A DNA stretch of 37,231 bases from an uncultured Bacilli bacterium (GTDB taxonomy: Bacteria > Bacillota_I > Bacilli_A > RF39 > UBA660), in assembly GCA_944363815.1 (NCBI GenBank), contig CALVVI010000001.1, positions 1 through 37,231 of the forward strand, in the 5' to 3' direction. Below, piece by piece: positions 9,666 to 18,375 of this stretch (position 1 is the first letter of the stretch; each line of letters starts with the position of its first letter). The notes beneath the pieces were generated by a model. It searched no databases. It was not told where the DNA came from and worked only from the letters and a program-made list of their open reading frames with translations. The position numbers were made by a program, and so were the translations under genes.

Positions 9666-10864
9666 TGGAACTAAAAAGTATTGATAAAGATAAGTTTAAT
9701 GAAATAGCAACTAAATTTGCCTGTAGAAATTTTTTCCAAACAAGTAATATGGGCAGTAGTTTAGAAATGCGGGGGAAGAAAATTTATTATTTAGGTTTGG
9801 AAGATGATGAACAAATTGTAGCTATAACTATGTTAGTAGAAAATGGAACTTTTTTAAGAAAAAAAGTATTTGAGGCATTAAAAGGATTTTTAATAGATTA
9901 TAGTGATACAGAGTTGGTTAAAATATTTACTGAAAAGTTATTGGAATTTGTTAAAGAACAAAATGGATTTAAGTTAAGTATAGATCCTTATATTATTGAA
10001 GCGGAAAGGGATATCGATGGCAAAATAATAGATGGGGGAAAAAATAATTATAAAGTTATTGAAGCATTAAGGAATATAGGTTATCAAAAGAATAAGGTTG
10101 ATACGCAAGTTAGATTTAATTTTTGTTTGGATGTTTTAGGCAAAAGTGAAGAGGAAGTATTTAAAAATTTTAAGGCAACAACAAGGAATTTAATTAATAA
10201 GGCAGAAAGAGAAGGTGTAGAAGTAATAGACTTAAGTTATGAAGAATTAGATAATTTTAAAGCTATTACGGAAGATACGTGTAAAAGAAGGGGTTTTTTA
10301 GACAAGAGTTTAGAATATTATCAGAGTATGTATAAAGCTTTTGGGGACGAAGTAGTTTTTAAATTAGCTCGTTTGAATATTAATAAATATGAAAATTATT
10401 TAAATAATCTAAAATATGATTACGAAGAAAAAATTAATAAAATAGTGGGAAGTAATAAAAAGAAAGATAACTATATTTTTGAAGTTAGTAATATTGATAA
10501 AAAGCTGAGTAAAATTAAAGAGTTACCTGTTAATGATGGTTATGTTAATTTGGCAGCAGCTATGTTTATGTTATATGGTGATGAAACTATCTATTTATTT
10601 AGTGGTAGTTATGATGAGCTTAATGAATTTGGTGGTCAATATTTAATTCAATGGGATGTCATAAAGTATGCAATTAATAATGGTTATAAAAGGCACAATT
10701 TTTTTGGAATAATGAATTTTCAAAATAAAAATGATAAAGATTATGGCATATATTTGTTTAAAAAAGGTTTTAATGGTTATGTTGAGGAGTTATTAGGAGA
10801 ATATACAATTTGTGTTAAAGGATTGGTAAGTAGTTTATATAAATTTAAAAATAAAGTGAGGTGA
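9665..10864 (+). CDS. FemXAB-family peptidoglycan bridge transferase (paralog 2)
   Basis: It has the same architecture as paralog 1: 'FFQTSNMG', 'IDPYI', 'ATTRNLINKAEREGVEV', a coiled-coil insert, and 'YLFKKGFNGYVEELLGEY'. GTG start overlaps the upstream stop (TAGTG). Confidence 0.85.
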   Translation: MELKSIDKDKFNEIATKFACRNFFQTSNMGSSLEMRGKKIYYLGLEDDEQIVAITMLVENGTFLRKKVFEALKGFLIDYSDTELVKIFTEKLLEFVKEQNGFKLSIDPYIIEAERDIDGKIIDGGKNNYKVIEALRNIGYQKNKVDTQVRFNFCLDVLGKSEEEVFKNFKATTRNLINKAEREGVEVIDLSYEELDNFKAITEDTCKRRGFLDKSLEYYQSMYKAFGDEVVFKLARLNINKYENYLNNLKYDYEEKINKIVGSNKKKDNYIFEVSNIDKKLSKIKELPVNDGYVNLAAAMFMLYGDETIYLFSGSYDELNEFGGQYLIQWDVIKYAINNGYKRHNFFGIMNFQNKNDKDYGIYLFKKGFNGYVEELLGEYTICVKGLVSSLYKFKNKVR

Positions 10865-10868
10865 AGGT

Positions 10869-12101
10869 ATGAAATTTATTGGTGATGTTGCTAAAGAAAG
10901 ATACATAGATTTTGAAGAAAATCATCCGAAGTCCCATTTTTTGCAAAGCTATGCGTGGGGGGAGTTTTGTCGCAAGATAAAAAGGCAAGTTCCTAATTAT
11001 GTAGGGATGGAAGATGATGAAGGTAAATTGGTAGCAACAGCTTTAATTTTAGAGAGAAAAACTCCTTTAGGTTTTAGCTATGGATACTCACCACGAGGAT
11101 TTGTTACGGATTATAAAAATAAGGAAGTAATAAAGAAATTTACAGAATATTTAAAGGAATTTATGAAGCAGAAAAAGATAATTTATATTAAGTTTGATCC
11201 AGACATTCCTTATCAAGAGATAGATCAGGATGCTAATCCTATTCCAGGTGGTAAAAACAATTATGACTTATTTAATTATATGATTAGTTTAGGGTATAAT
11301 CATACAGGATTTTATAAACTTTATGAAGGCAATCAACCACGTTATACTTTTAGAGTCGATTTAAAAAGAGATTGGCAAGATATTGAGGCATGTATGGCTA
11401 AATCTTTTTTGCAATCGGTAAAAAGAAGTTATCAATATGATTTAGAGATTAACAATGAGATTAAAATAAAAGAATTTTATAAACTTATTAAAGAAACTAG
11501 CTTAAGAGATGATTTTAATCCGCATGATGAGAAATATTATGAGACATTAGTTCAAGAATTTAAAGATCATATTAAGTTTTTTAATGTAATAATTGATATT
11601 GGAAAAGTAAAGGATAAAATAAGTAATGAACTTGAAGAATTAAAAGGAAATATTAGACAAGTAAATAAGAAAAGACTTGCGGATTATAATGACAAAATAA
11701 AAAGATTAGAAAAAGAAAAAGAATTATTTGGAAAATATGAAAGTGAAAAAAAAGTTATTTGTACAATAGTTTGTACAACTACTAATAATCGAATTTGGAG
11801 TTTTTTTCAAGGTGGAGATGAACTTGCTAGTCAGACTTGTGCAGTAATGCGGTGCTATTATGAAGTTATAAAATATTCTTATGAACAAGGCTATGACTTT
11901 TTTGATGTGTTTGGTACTCCAGGTGATCCACATACTGACTATAAAAATTTGGCTAAATTACATGATTTTAAAAGAAAATATGGTGATAAGTATATCGAAT
12001 TTATAGGTGAATTCGATTTGGTAAATAAAAAAGTTTTGTATAAAGTATTACCTCTATTATTAGGTTGTTATCGTAAATTACGTAAAATAAAAGGTAAATA
12101 G
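10869..12101 (+). CDS. FemXAB-family peptidoglycan bridge transferase (paralog 3)
   Basis: 'HFLQSYAWGEF', 'YSPRGF', 'FDPDI', a coiled-coil insert and 'FKRKYGDKYIEFIGEFDL'. A GGTGAAGG RBS lies just upstream. Confidence 0.85.
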   Translation: MKFIGDVAKERYIDFEENHPKSHFLQSYAWGEFCRKIKRQVPNYVGMEDDEGKLVATALILERKTPLGFSYGYSPRGFVTDYKNKEVIKKFTEYLKEFMKQKKIIYIKFDPDIPYQEIDQDANPIPGGKNNYDLFNYMISLGYNHTGFYKLYEGNQPRYTFRVDLKRDWQDIEACMAKSFLQSVKRSYQYDLEINNEIKIKEFYKLIKETSLRDDFNPHDEKYYETLVQEFKDHIKFFNVIIDIGKVKDKISNELEELKGNIRQVNKKRLADYNDKIKRLEKEKELFGKYESEKKVICTIVCTTTNNRIWSFFQGGDELASQTCAVMRCYYEVIKYSYEQGYDFFDVFGTPGDPHTDYKNLAKLHDFKRKYGDKYIEFIGEFDLVNKKVLYKVLPLLLGCYRKLRKIKGK

Positions 12102-12143
12102 TAGTATTTTCACAATTTTTCCATTTATTTTACGTTTTTTTAA

Positions 12144-12152
12144 TGATATAAT
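12144..12152 (+). promoter_or_regulatory. Candidate extended -10 promoter element for ftsEX
   Basis: TGATATAAT (TG at 12144-12145, TATAAT at 12147-12152) in the 68-nt gap after the fem genes. There is no good -35. It lies only ~18 nt before the preferred ftsE ATG, so the leader would be very short. Confidence 0.35.
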
Positions 12153-12169
12153 TTATTATGGAGGACCAT

Positions 12170-12871
12170 ATGAAGTTTATTGAATTAAAAAATGTTAGTA
12201 AAGTTTATAAAAATGGTGTGACAGCTTTAGCAGATGTCTCTGTTTCAATTGAAAAGGGAGAGTTTGTGTTTGTTATTGGTCTTACTGCTAGCGGGAAGTC
12301 AACTTTTATAAAAACTTTGTATAGAGAAGAAAAACCGACGAAGGGAACTGTTATGGTTGGTGGCTTAAATGTCGGAAAAATAAGAAATGGCAAAGTTTAT
12401 AAATTGAGAAGAAAGATTGGGATAGTATTTCAAGATTTTAAGCTTTTACCAAAACTTACAGTTTATGAAAATGTAGCATTTGCTTTGGAATGTGTAGGAA
12501 TGAAAGATAAAGAAATTCGTCCTAAAGTAATGAGTGCTTTAGAAAGAGTCGGTTTAAAAGATAAGGTAAGGTCATTTCCGGGAGAATTATCTGGTGGAGA
12601 ACAACAAAGAGTTTGTATTGCCAGAGCAATAGTTAATAGACCAAAGTTACTTATTTGTGATGAACCAACAGGTAATTTGGATCCAGATACAAGTAAAGAA
12701 ATTATGAAAGTAATCGAAGGAATCAATAAAGATTTGGGAACAACTATTATCATGGCTACTCATGATAGAGATATCGTTAATAGAATGAAAAAACGTGTTC
12801 TGTTAATTGAGCATGGCGTTTTAGCTGGCGATTATGCGAAAGGAAGTTATAAGACTCATGAGGGCGTTTAG
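12170..12871 (+). CDS. ftsE: Cell-division ABC transporter ATP-binding protein FtsE
   Basis: 'MKFIELKNVSKVY', Walker A 'GLTASGKST', signature 'LSGGEQQRVCIARA', Walker B 'LLICDEPTGNLD' and H-loop 'ATHD'. ATG 12170 is preferred (GGAGG at 12161-12165) over the track start 12158. Confidence 0.93.
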   Translation: MKFIELKNVSKVYKNGVTALADVSVSIEKGEFVFVIGLTASGKSTFIKTLYREEKPTKGTVMVGGLNVGKIRNGKVYKLRRKIGIVFQDFKLLPKLTVYENVAFALECVGMKDKEIRPKVMSALERVGLKDKVRSFPGELSGGEQQRVCIARAIVNRPKLLICDEPTGNLDPDTSKEIMKVIEGINKDLGTTIIMATHDRDIVNRMKKRVLLIEHGVLAGDYAKGSYKTHEGV

Positions 12872-13751
12872 AATTTTTGTAAGAAGTATTAGAGATGCTT
12901 TTAAAAGTGTACTTAGAAATTTTAGTTTGAGTTTTGCATCAATTATGTGTACAACTATTACTTTAATATTAGTTTCAGTAGCGTTGATTTGCGCTGCAAA
13001 TATTGAAAATGCTACGAAGTCAATTGAAGATGAGCTTAGTATTGTGGTATATTTAGATGGTGAAGTAACAGAAGAGCAAATAAATAATATAAGAGCTGAT
13101 ATAGATAGTCAGGAAAACGTGGCAGAAGTAATATTTAAAAGTAATACGGAATGGAAAGAAGAAATGAGCGAATACGACGATACTTTTGAAACTGTTTTAA
13201 ATTATTTGGATGAAAATCCGTTGATGAATTCCTTTATTATAAGAGTAAATGATGTTAATCATTTATCTGATACTGCTGAATATGTCAAATCTATAAGTGG
13301 TGTTGATACAGTAAAATATGGTGAGGGAATGGTTGATAATATTATTTCAGCTTTCAATGTTGTCGAAAAAGTAGTGGTAGTAATTGTAATTGCTCTTATT
13401 TTAGTAACGGCATTTCTCATTAGTAATACGATTAAACTTACAATATTTAGTAGAAGAAATGCTATTGAAATAATGCGATTGGTTGGGGCAAGTAATATTG
13501 CTATTAAGTTGCCATTTATTTTTGAAGGCTTTATTATTGGAGTAATTGGAGCGATTATTCCAATTTGTATTACTATTTATGGATATGCAATTTTATATGG
13601 AGCTTTAAATGGTCATGTTTTTTCAAATATGATTGTATTAATCGAACCTTATAATTTTGTTTTCTGGGTATCACTTGTTCTTCTTATTTTAGGAGCTGTA
13701 GTTGGTATGTTAGGTAGTTTAAAAGCTGTAAGAAAGTATTTGAAGATATGA
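12858..13751 (+). CDS. ftsX: Cell-division permease-like protein FtsX
   Basis: 'MRAFRIFVRSIRDAFKSVLRNFSLSFASI' matches the FtsX N-terminus (R..FKS..RN....FAS). There is a large extracytoplasmic loop and 3 C-terminal TMs. It overlaps the ftsE 3' end. The track start 12834 is an upstream in-frame extension. Confidence 0.9.
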   Translation: MRAFRIFVRSIRDAFKSVLRNFSLSFASIMCTTITLILVSVALICAANIENATKSIEDELSIVVYLDGEVTEEQINNIRADIDSQENVAEVIFKSNTEWKEEMSEYDDTFETVLNYLDENPLMNSFIIRVNDVNHLSDTAEYVKSISGVDTVKYGEGMVDNIISAFNVVEKVVVVIVIALILVTAFLISNTIKLTIFSRRNAIEIMRLVGASNIAIKLPFIFEGFIIGVIGAIIPICITIYGYAILYGALNGHVFSNMIVLIEPYNFVFWVSLVLLILGAVVGMLGSLKAVRKYLKI

Positions 13752-14980
13752 TGAGAAAATATATGAATATAAGTATTATTTCTTTATTAATTGTTAGCTT
13801 TTTGTTAATGCCTTTAAATGTTCGAGCGGCTTCTGCTAATACATTGCGGGGATTAAGACAAGAACTCGCTAGTTTGCAAGAGCAAAAACGAAAAAATGAT
13901 AGTCAAAAACAAGCAACAGAAAGTGAGATTAAAGAAAATAATATTGCTATTTTAAATGCTGAAGAGGAGATTCAGGAATCTCAAGAAAAAATTGAAAATG
14001 CTAAAATACTAATAACTGAAACTGATGAGCGTATTAAAGAACTTCATGACCAAACGGAGGAGTTAATGGCATATTTTCAAATAATGCGTGGAGAAAATGT
14101 TTATATGGAATTTATTAGTGATTCTAGCAGTATGACTGATTTAGTAATGCGGAGTGATGCAATTAATCAAATAGCTAATTATAATCAAGATAAACTTATT
14201 GAATTAGAAGAGTTAATTAAAGAAAATGAACAATTACAAGTAGAGTTAATTCAATATGAAGATGAACTTGAAAAAAATATTGTATCTTATGAAGAAAAAA
14301 TAAGCACTTTGCAATATGATTTATCTAGCTTGGGAGAAGTAGGTATGGATATTGATAGTGAAATTAGATCTAAGCAAGAATTAATAAAGGCCTATGAAGA
14401 TATGGGATGTAGTGAAGATCAAGATTTAGATGTATGTGCTAGTATTTATGGTAGTAAAGTATGGTATAAGCCTTTAAATAAAGGAAGAGTAAGTAGTATT
14501 TTTGGCAAAAGGACTGATCCATTTACTGGAAAAACAAAAATTCATCGAGCAGTAGATATTGCTGGTAATTCTGAAGGAACAGCTGTTTATTCAGTAGGAA
14601 ATGGTATAGTTGTAGCAACAGTGGATGCTAAGGCCAAAGTTGCTAATGGAAAAGGCAAAACTTGTGGAGGAAATCAGGTTTATATTCAAGTCCTAATTGG
14701 AGGAAAAAAATATACTGTTCAATATGCACATTTGCTTACTGTAAGTGTTAAAGTAGGAGATATTGTAAATGTCAATACTGTTATTGGAACCCAAGGTGGA
14801 GGTCCAAAAACTCAAAGATGGGAGTCGTGTTCAACTGGTTCGCATTTACATTTTGGGGTAGTTGAAGGGTATATAAAAACAACATATATGGCGACATACT
14901 TTAATAATAATGCAATAGTTCCGCCGGGATATCCAGCAAAAAATTCGTGGTTTTATTCAAGAACGCAATGGTTTGATTAA
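13748..14980 (+). CDS. Secreted coiled-coil M23 peptidoglycan endopeptidase (EnvC/PcsB-like architecture), paralog A
   Basis: Signal peptide ending 'NVRA/AS'. About 200 aa of heptad-rich Q/E/K sequence. M23 domain with 'HRAVDIAG' (HxxxD) and 'GSHLHFGV' (HxH). ATGATGA overlap with the ftsX stop. Confidence 0.85.
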   Translation: MMRKYMNISIISLLIVSFLLMPLNVRAASANTLRGLRQELASLQEQKRKNDSQKQATESEIKENNIAILNAEEEIQESQEKIENAKILITETDERIKELHDQTEELMAYFQIMRGENVYMEFISDSSSMTDLVMRSDAINQIANYNQDKLIELEELIKENEQLQVELIQYEDELEKNIVSYEEKISTLQYDLSSLGEVGMDIDSEIRSKQELIKAYEDMGCSEDQDLDVCASIYGSKVWYKPLNKGRVSSIFGKRTDPFTGKTKIHRAVDIAGNSEGTAVYSVGNGIVVATVDAKAKVANGKGKTCGGNQVYIQVLIGGKKYTVQYAHLLTVSVKVGDIVNVNTVIGTQGGGPKTQRWESCSTGSHLHFGVVEGYIKTTYMATYFNNNAIVPPGYPAKNSWFYSRTQWFD

Positions 14981-15032
14981 AGTAGTGAGTTTCTAAGTTT
15001 TTATGTTTATATGTAAAAATGAGAGAAGGGAT

Positions 15033-16289
15033 ATGATGAATATTAACAAAATTGTTTCTTGTTTTAGTAGGTGTTTTCTTGTTATTTTGTTGTTAGTTTT
15101 TTATATTTTTCCAATTCCAATTGCTAGCGCTACTAGTAATAGTGATTTGACACTTGCACAAATGCGTACACAATTGGAAAAGTTAAAGCAACAAAAAGCA
15201 GAAAATGAACATCAACAAGAAGTTACTGAAGCTGAAAAAGAAGCAAAAAATAGAGCTTTAAGTAATACTTATGCTAAGATTGAAGAAACTCAAACTAAAG
15301 TAGAGGAAGCTAAACAAAGTATTGAAGAGTCAAATGCTAAAATAGCAGAGTTAAATCAACAAACACAAGAGTTGATGTCTTATTATCAAATACTTAGTGG
15401 TAACAATACTTATATGGAATTTATTACGGATTCAAGTAGTATGACTGAGTTAATAATGCGAAGTGATGCAATTGAGCAATTATCAAGTTATAATCAAGAA
15501 AAATTATTAGAATTAGAAAATTTAATTGATGATACTGAGCAAAAGCAAGTAGAGTTATTAGAGTATGAAGACGAATTAAATGCCAATGTTGCAGATTATC
15601 AAAAACAATTAGAAGAAATAGATTCAAGTCTTATTCAATTTTCAGATATTTCTATGAGTATTGATGAACAAATTGAAATGCTTGAAGATTCTATTGAAAC
15701 TAATGAAAATATGGGGTGTAAAGAAAGTGAGACCCTTAATGCTTGTACTTTGCGTTTAAGTAGAGAAAATGCTGTTGATTATACTTGGTATGTAAATAAT
15801 TATGGGTGGTTAAAGCCTGTAACTAAAGGAAGAATATCTAGTTTATTTGGTTGGAGAAGCGTTCCGGGTCAAAGTAGTTACCATAGTGGTATTGATATTG
15901 CTATATCTGAGGGTACTAATGTTTATCCAGCAGCATCTGGTGTTGTTATTAGAACTGTAAGTCGTAGTTCTTGTGGAGGAAATCAAATATATATTCAAGC
16001 AGTTGTTAATGGTGAAGTTTATACAATGCAATATGCTCATTTATTAGAAGTTTATGTTAAAAAAGGTGATACAGTTGATGTTAATGATGTTATAGCTTTA
16101 TCTGGAGGATATTCTACTGCTTCAAGATATGGTGGATATGATACCTGTACTACCGGAGCTCATTTACATTTTGGAGTATCTAAAGGTGCTTATACGAGCT
16201 TTTCAAATTATACAGCTAATTTAATAGATCCACCAGGATTTCCTGGTAAAGGGTCATGGTTTTATTCAAGAACGCAGTGGTTTGACTAA
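15033..16289 (+). CDS. Secreted coiled-coil M23 peptidoglycan endopeptidase, paralog B
   Basis: Same architecture as paralog A: signal peptide '...PIASA/TS', coiled coil, 'YHSGIDIA' and 'GAHLHFGV'. It shares the identical C-terminal 11-mer SWFYSRTQWFD with paralog A. ATG 15033 is preferred (purine-rich RBS GAGAAGGG) over the track start 15003. Confidence 0.85.
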   Translation: MMNINKIVSCFSRCFLVILLLVFYIFPIPIASATSNSDLTLAQMRTQLEKLKQQKAENEHQQEVTEAEKEAKNRALSNTYAKIEETQTKVEEAKQSIEESNAKIAELNQQTQELMSYYQILSGNNTYMEFITDSSSMTELIMRSDAIEQLSSYNQEKLLELENLIDDTEQKQVELLEYEDELNANVADYQKQLEEIDSSLIQFSDISMSIDEQIEMLEDSIETNENMGCKESETLNACTLRLSRENAVDYTWYVNNYGWLKPVTKGRISSLFGWRSVPGQSSYHSGIDIAISEGTNVYPAASGVVIRTVSRSSCGGNQIYIQAVVNGEVYTMQYAHLLEVYVKKGDTVDVNDVIALSGGYSTASRYGGYDTCTTGAHLHFGVSKGAYTSFSNYTANLIDPPGFPGKGSWFYSRTQWFD

Positions 16290-16320
16290 ACTGATATGTA
16301 AAGTATCAGTTTTTGATTTT
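16288..16320 (+). terminator. Rho-independent terminator ending the ftsEX-M23 unit
   Basis: 9-bp stem AAACTGATA (16288-16296) / TATCAGTTT (16304-16312), a 7-nt loop, then a T-rich tail. Confidence 0.7.
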
Positions 16321-16335
16321 CTTTGTCTAAAAAAA

Positions 16336-16344
16336 TGCTATAAT
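16336..16344 (+). promoter_or_regulatory. Candidate extended -10 promoter element
   Basis: TGCTATAAT (TATAAT at 16339-16344), ~30 nt upstream of the AGGAAAGGTG RBS and ATG 16377. Confidence 0.4.
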
Positions 16345-16376
16345 TATAATATAATTAATAGGAAAGGTGTGATTTT

Positions 16377-17852
16377 ATGCAAAATGATCAAAAAGTTGAT
16401 AATAATTCTGAAAATATTACTAATATAACTACTGGAGAAGAGGCTTGGGGTAGTATTGATCCAGTGACTGATAATTTGACTATTTTAAATGATAGAAATG
16501 AATTGTCCTCAAATAATAATACTGATAAAAAAAGACATAAAAAGTTATTTATAATTATTGGTATTATAATAGGGATAATAATAATTGCTATTGTAGCAAT
16601 ATTCATCTATATTAAAACTGGTTTTACCGCCACTAAATATATTGATGATAAAGTTGAAGAAATAACAACTTTTGTTGATGAAATGTTTATGACATACAAT
16701 TACGATGCCGATGCAGATACAATAATGAATGGTGAATTTAGTATTAATTCGAACGTTTCGGAATTAGCTGTGCTAAATAATTTAAAGTTAAATTTTGAAG
16801 TTGGTACTTCTTTAGCAAAAGAAATAGTAGATATTAATTTTGGTTTAGCTAATGCGGAAAGCGATTATACAGCTAATCTATATATAAATAATAATAGAAT
16901 GTATTTAGAGTCTTTAGATATTTATGATGTTCCTTTATATATGGATTTAGGAGAAAGTCCGTTTGCTAGTATTAATGTTGAAAAAATGAATTTTGAAAAT
17001 TATAAAAATGCAATCATAAACTTTGTAAAATATTTGGGCATAGCAATGAAGGAATCTGATATGTCAAGTTCAATTCGTGGTTTAAGTGCTATTTATCGTT
17101 ATGTGATAAATGATAATAATAAAGAAGCTTTTGCTCAAAAAATGAATGAATTAATTGAACAAGATGAAAACATGTTAGATTTTTTAGAAATGCTAGGCAT
17201 TACCGATGCAACTGTATCTGCTGATACCTTAAGTAATATGGTGTTTGAAGTTACAGTTAGTATTCCAAGTGGAGATTTAAAAGAATTTGAGGTAACTATT
17301 GATAATACGGTTATGCGTTTAGAAGAAACTGCAAAAGATAAATATGATTTAATAATTGATGAAGAAGAAGTGTTAAAAGTAACTGTAAATGGAGATAATG
17401 TAAATTTGGTTAGTGCGGATAAAAGCTATGGATATTATGATATAACATTTAATTTCAAGGAATATACTTTATCTGCTGATATGGAAGTTGATGGTGATAT
17501 AATTAATTTAGATATTACTAATGAAGGTAATGATATTAAGAATGTTGTGTTGGAAGTAAATACAACAGATATTTCCTCAAATGAAATTAATATGTTAACA
17601 AATTTAACTGTTGAAAAAGTTAGTGATAATGAGATTAAAACTAGTGGAGATATAAATATTTCTACAAATAATGAAAGCATTAATTTGACACTTAGTTTGA
17701 ATAACCAAAATGGATATGATTTAGTAGAAGAAAAGTCTTTTAATAATACTAAAGATATTAATACATTAACTGATGCAGAAGAAAATGAAATAACTACTAA
17801 TTTAATGAATATTCTAAGTGGTATCGTTCCGGAAGTTACAGAGGATATGTAA
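16377..17852 (+). CDS. Hypothetical membrane-anchored (type II) Asn/Asp/Ile-rich extracytoplasmic protein
   Basis: Long ORF with a good RBS. It has a ~55-aa polar N-terminus, one strong TM (LFIIIGIIIGIIIIAIVAIFIYI) and a ~410-aa acidic ectodomain. I recognise no family motif. Confidence 0.7.
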   Translation: MQNDQKVDNNSENITNITTGEEAWGSIDPVTDNLTILNDRNELSSNNNTDKKRHKKLFIIIGIIIGIIIIAIVAIFIYIKTGFTATKYIDDKVEEITTFVDEMFMTYNYDADADTIMNGEFSINSNVSELAVLNNLKLNFEVGTSLAKEIVDINFGLANAESDYTANLYINNNRMYLESLDIYDVPLYMDLGESPFASINVEKMNFENYKNAIINFVKYLGIAMKESDMSSSIRGLSAIYRYVINDNNKEAFAQKMNELIEQDENMLDFLEMLGITDATVSADTLSNMVFEVTVSIPSGDLKEFEVTIDNTVMRLEETAKDKYDLIIDEEEVLKVTVNGDNVNLVSADKSYGYYDITFNFKEYTLSADMEVDGDIINLDITNEGNDIKNVVLEVNTTDISSNEINMLTNLTVEKVSDNEIKTSGDINISTNNESINLTLSLNNQNGYDLVEEKSFNNTKDINTLTDAEENEITTNLMNILSGIVPEVTEDM

Positions 17853-17856
17853 TATC

Positions 17857-18351
17857 ATGGTAATAGATAGAGTAGTTGTAGGCCCTTTAAAAGAAAATTG
17901 TTATATTGTTACTAAAAATACAAAAACAATTATAATTGATCCAGGAGATGAAGCAGATAAAATTATAGATGCTACTAAAGATAAGAATGTTGTGGGTATA
18001 TTAATTACTCATCACCATTTTGATCATGTTGGTGCCTTAAAAAAATTAGAAGATTATTTTAAAATAAAAGAAAGTGATTTTATTCCTGAAATAGGAATGG
18101 AAGTTATAAAGACTCCTGGCCATAGTAGAGATTCTGTATGTTTCTATTTTAAAGAGGATAAAGTTATGTTTGTTGGTGATTTTATTTTCTTAAATAATAT
18201 TGGTAGATGTGATTTGCCAACGGGTAGTGATAAAGAAATGTTAGAAAGTTTAGCGTATATAAAAAAATATCCTAATGATATAGTTCTTTATCCAGGACAT
18301 GGAGAACCTACAAATTTAGGATATGAAAAAAACAATTTTAAATATTATTAA
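17857..18351 (+). CDS. MBL-fold metallohydrolase (glyoxalase II-like, small form)
   Basis: 'ILITHHHFDHVGA', 'TPGHS.DS' and 'PGHG' motifs. ATG 17857 ('MVIDRVVVGPLKENCYIV') is preferred over the track start 17818, which overlaps the upstream gene. Confidence 0.8.
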   Translation: MVIDRVVVGPLKENCYIVTKNTKTIIIDPGDEADKIIDATKDKNVVGILITHHHFDHVGALKKLEDYFKIKESDFIPEIGMEVIKTPGHSRDSVCFYFKEDKVMFVGDFIFLNNIGRCDLPTGSDKEMLESLAYIKKYPNDIVLYPGHGEPTNLGYEKNNFKYY

Positions 18352-18375
18352 AAAAGGATTGTAGCATCCTTTTTT
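18351..18375. terminator. Bidirectional hairpin terminator between the MBL hydrolase gene (+) and gerQ (-)
   Basis: AAAAAGGAT (18351-18359) / ATCCTTTTT (18366-18374) with a 6-nt loop. A/T runs on both sides give a U-tail in either direction. Confidence 0.6.
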
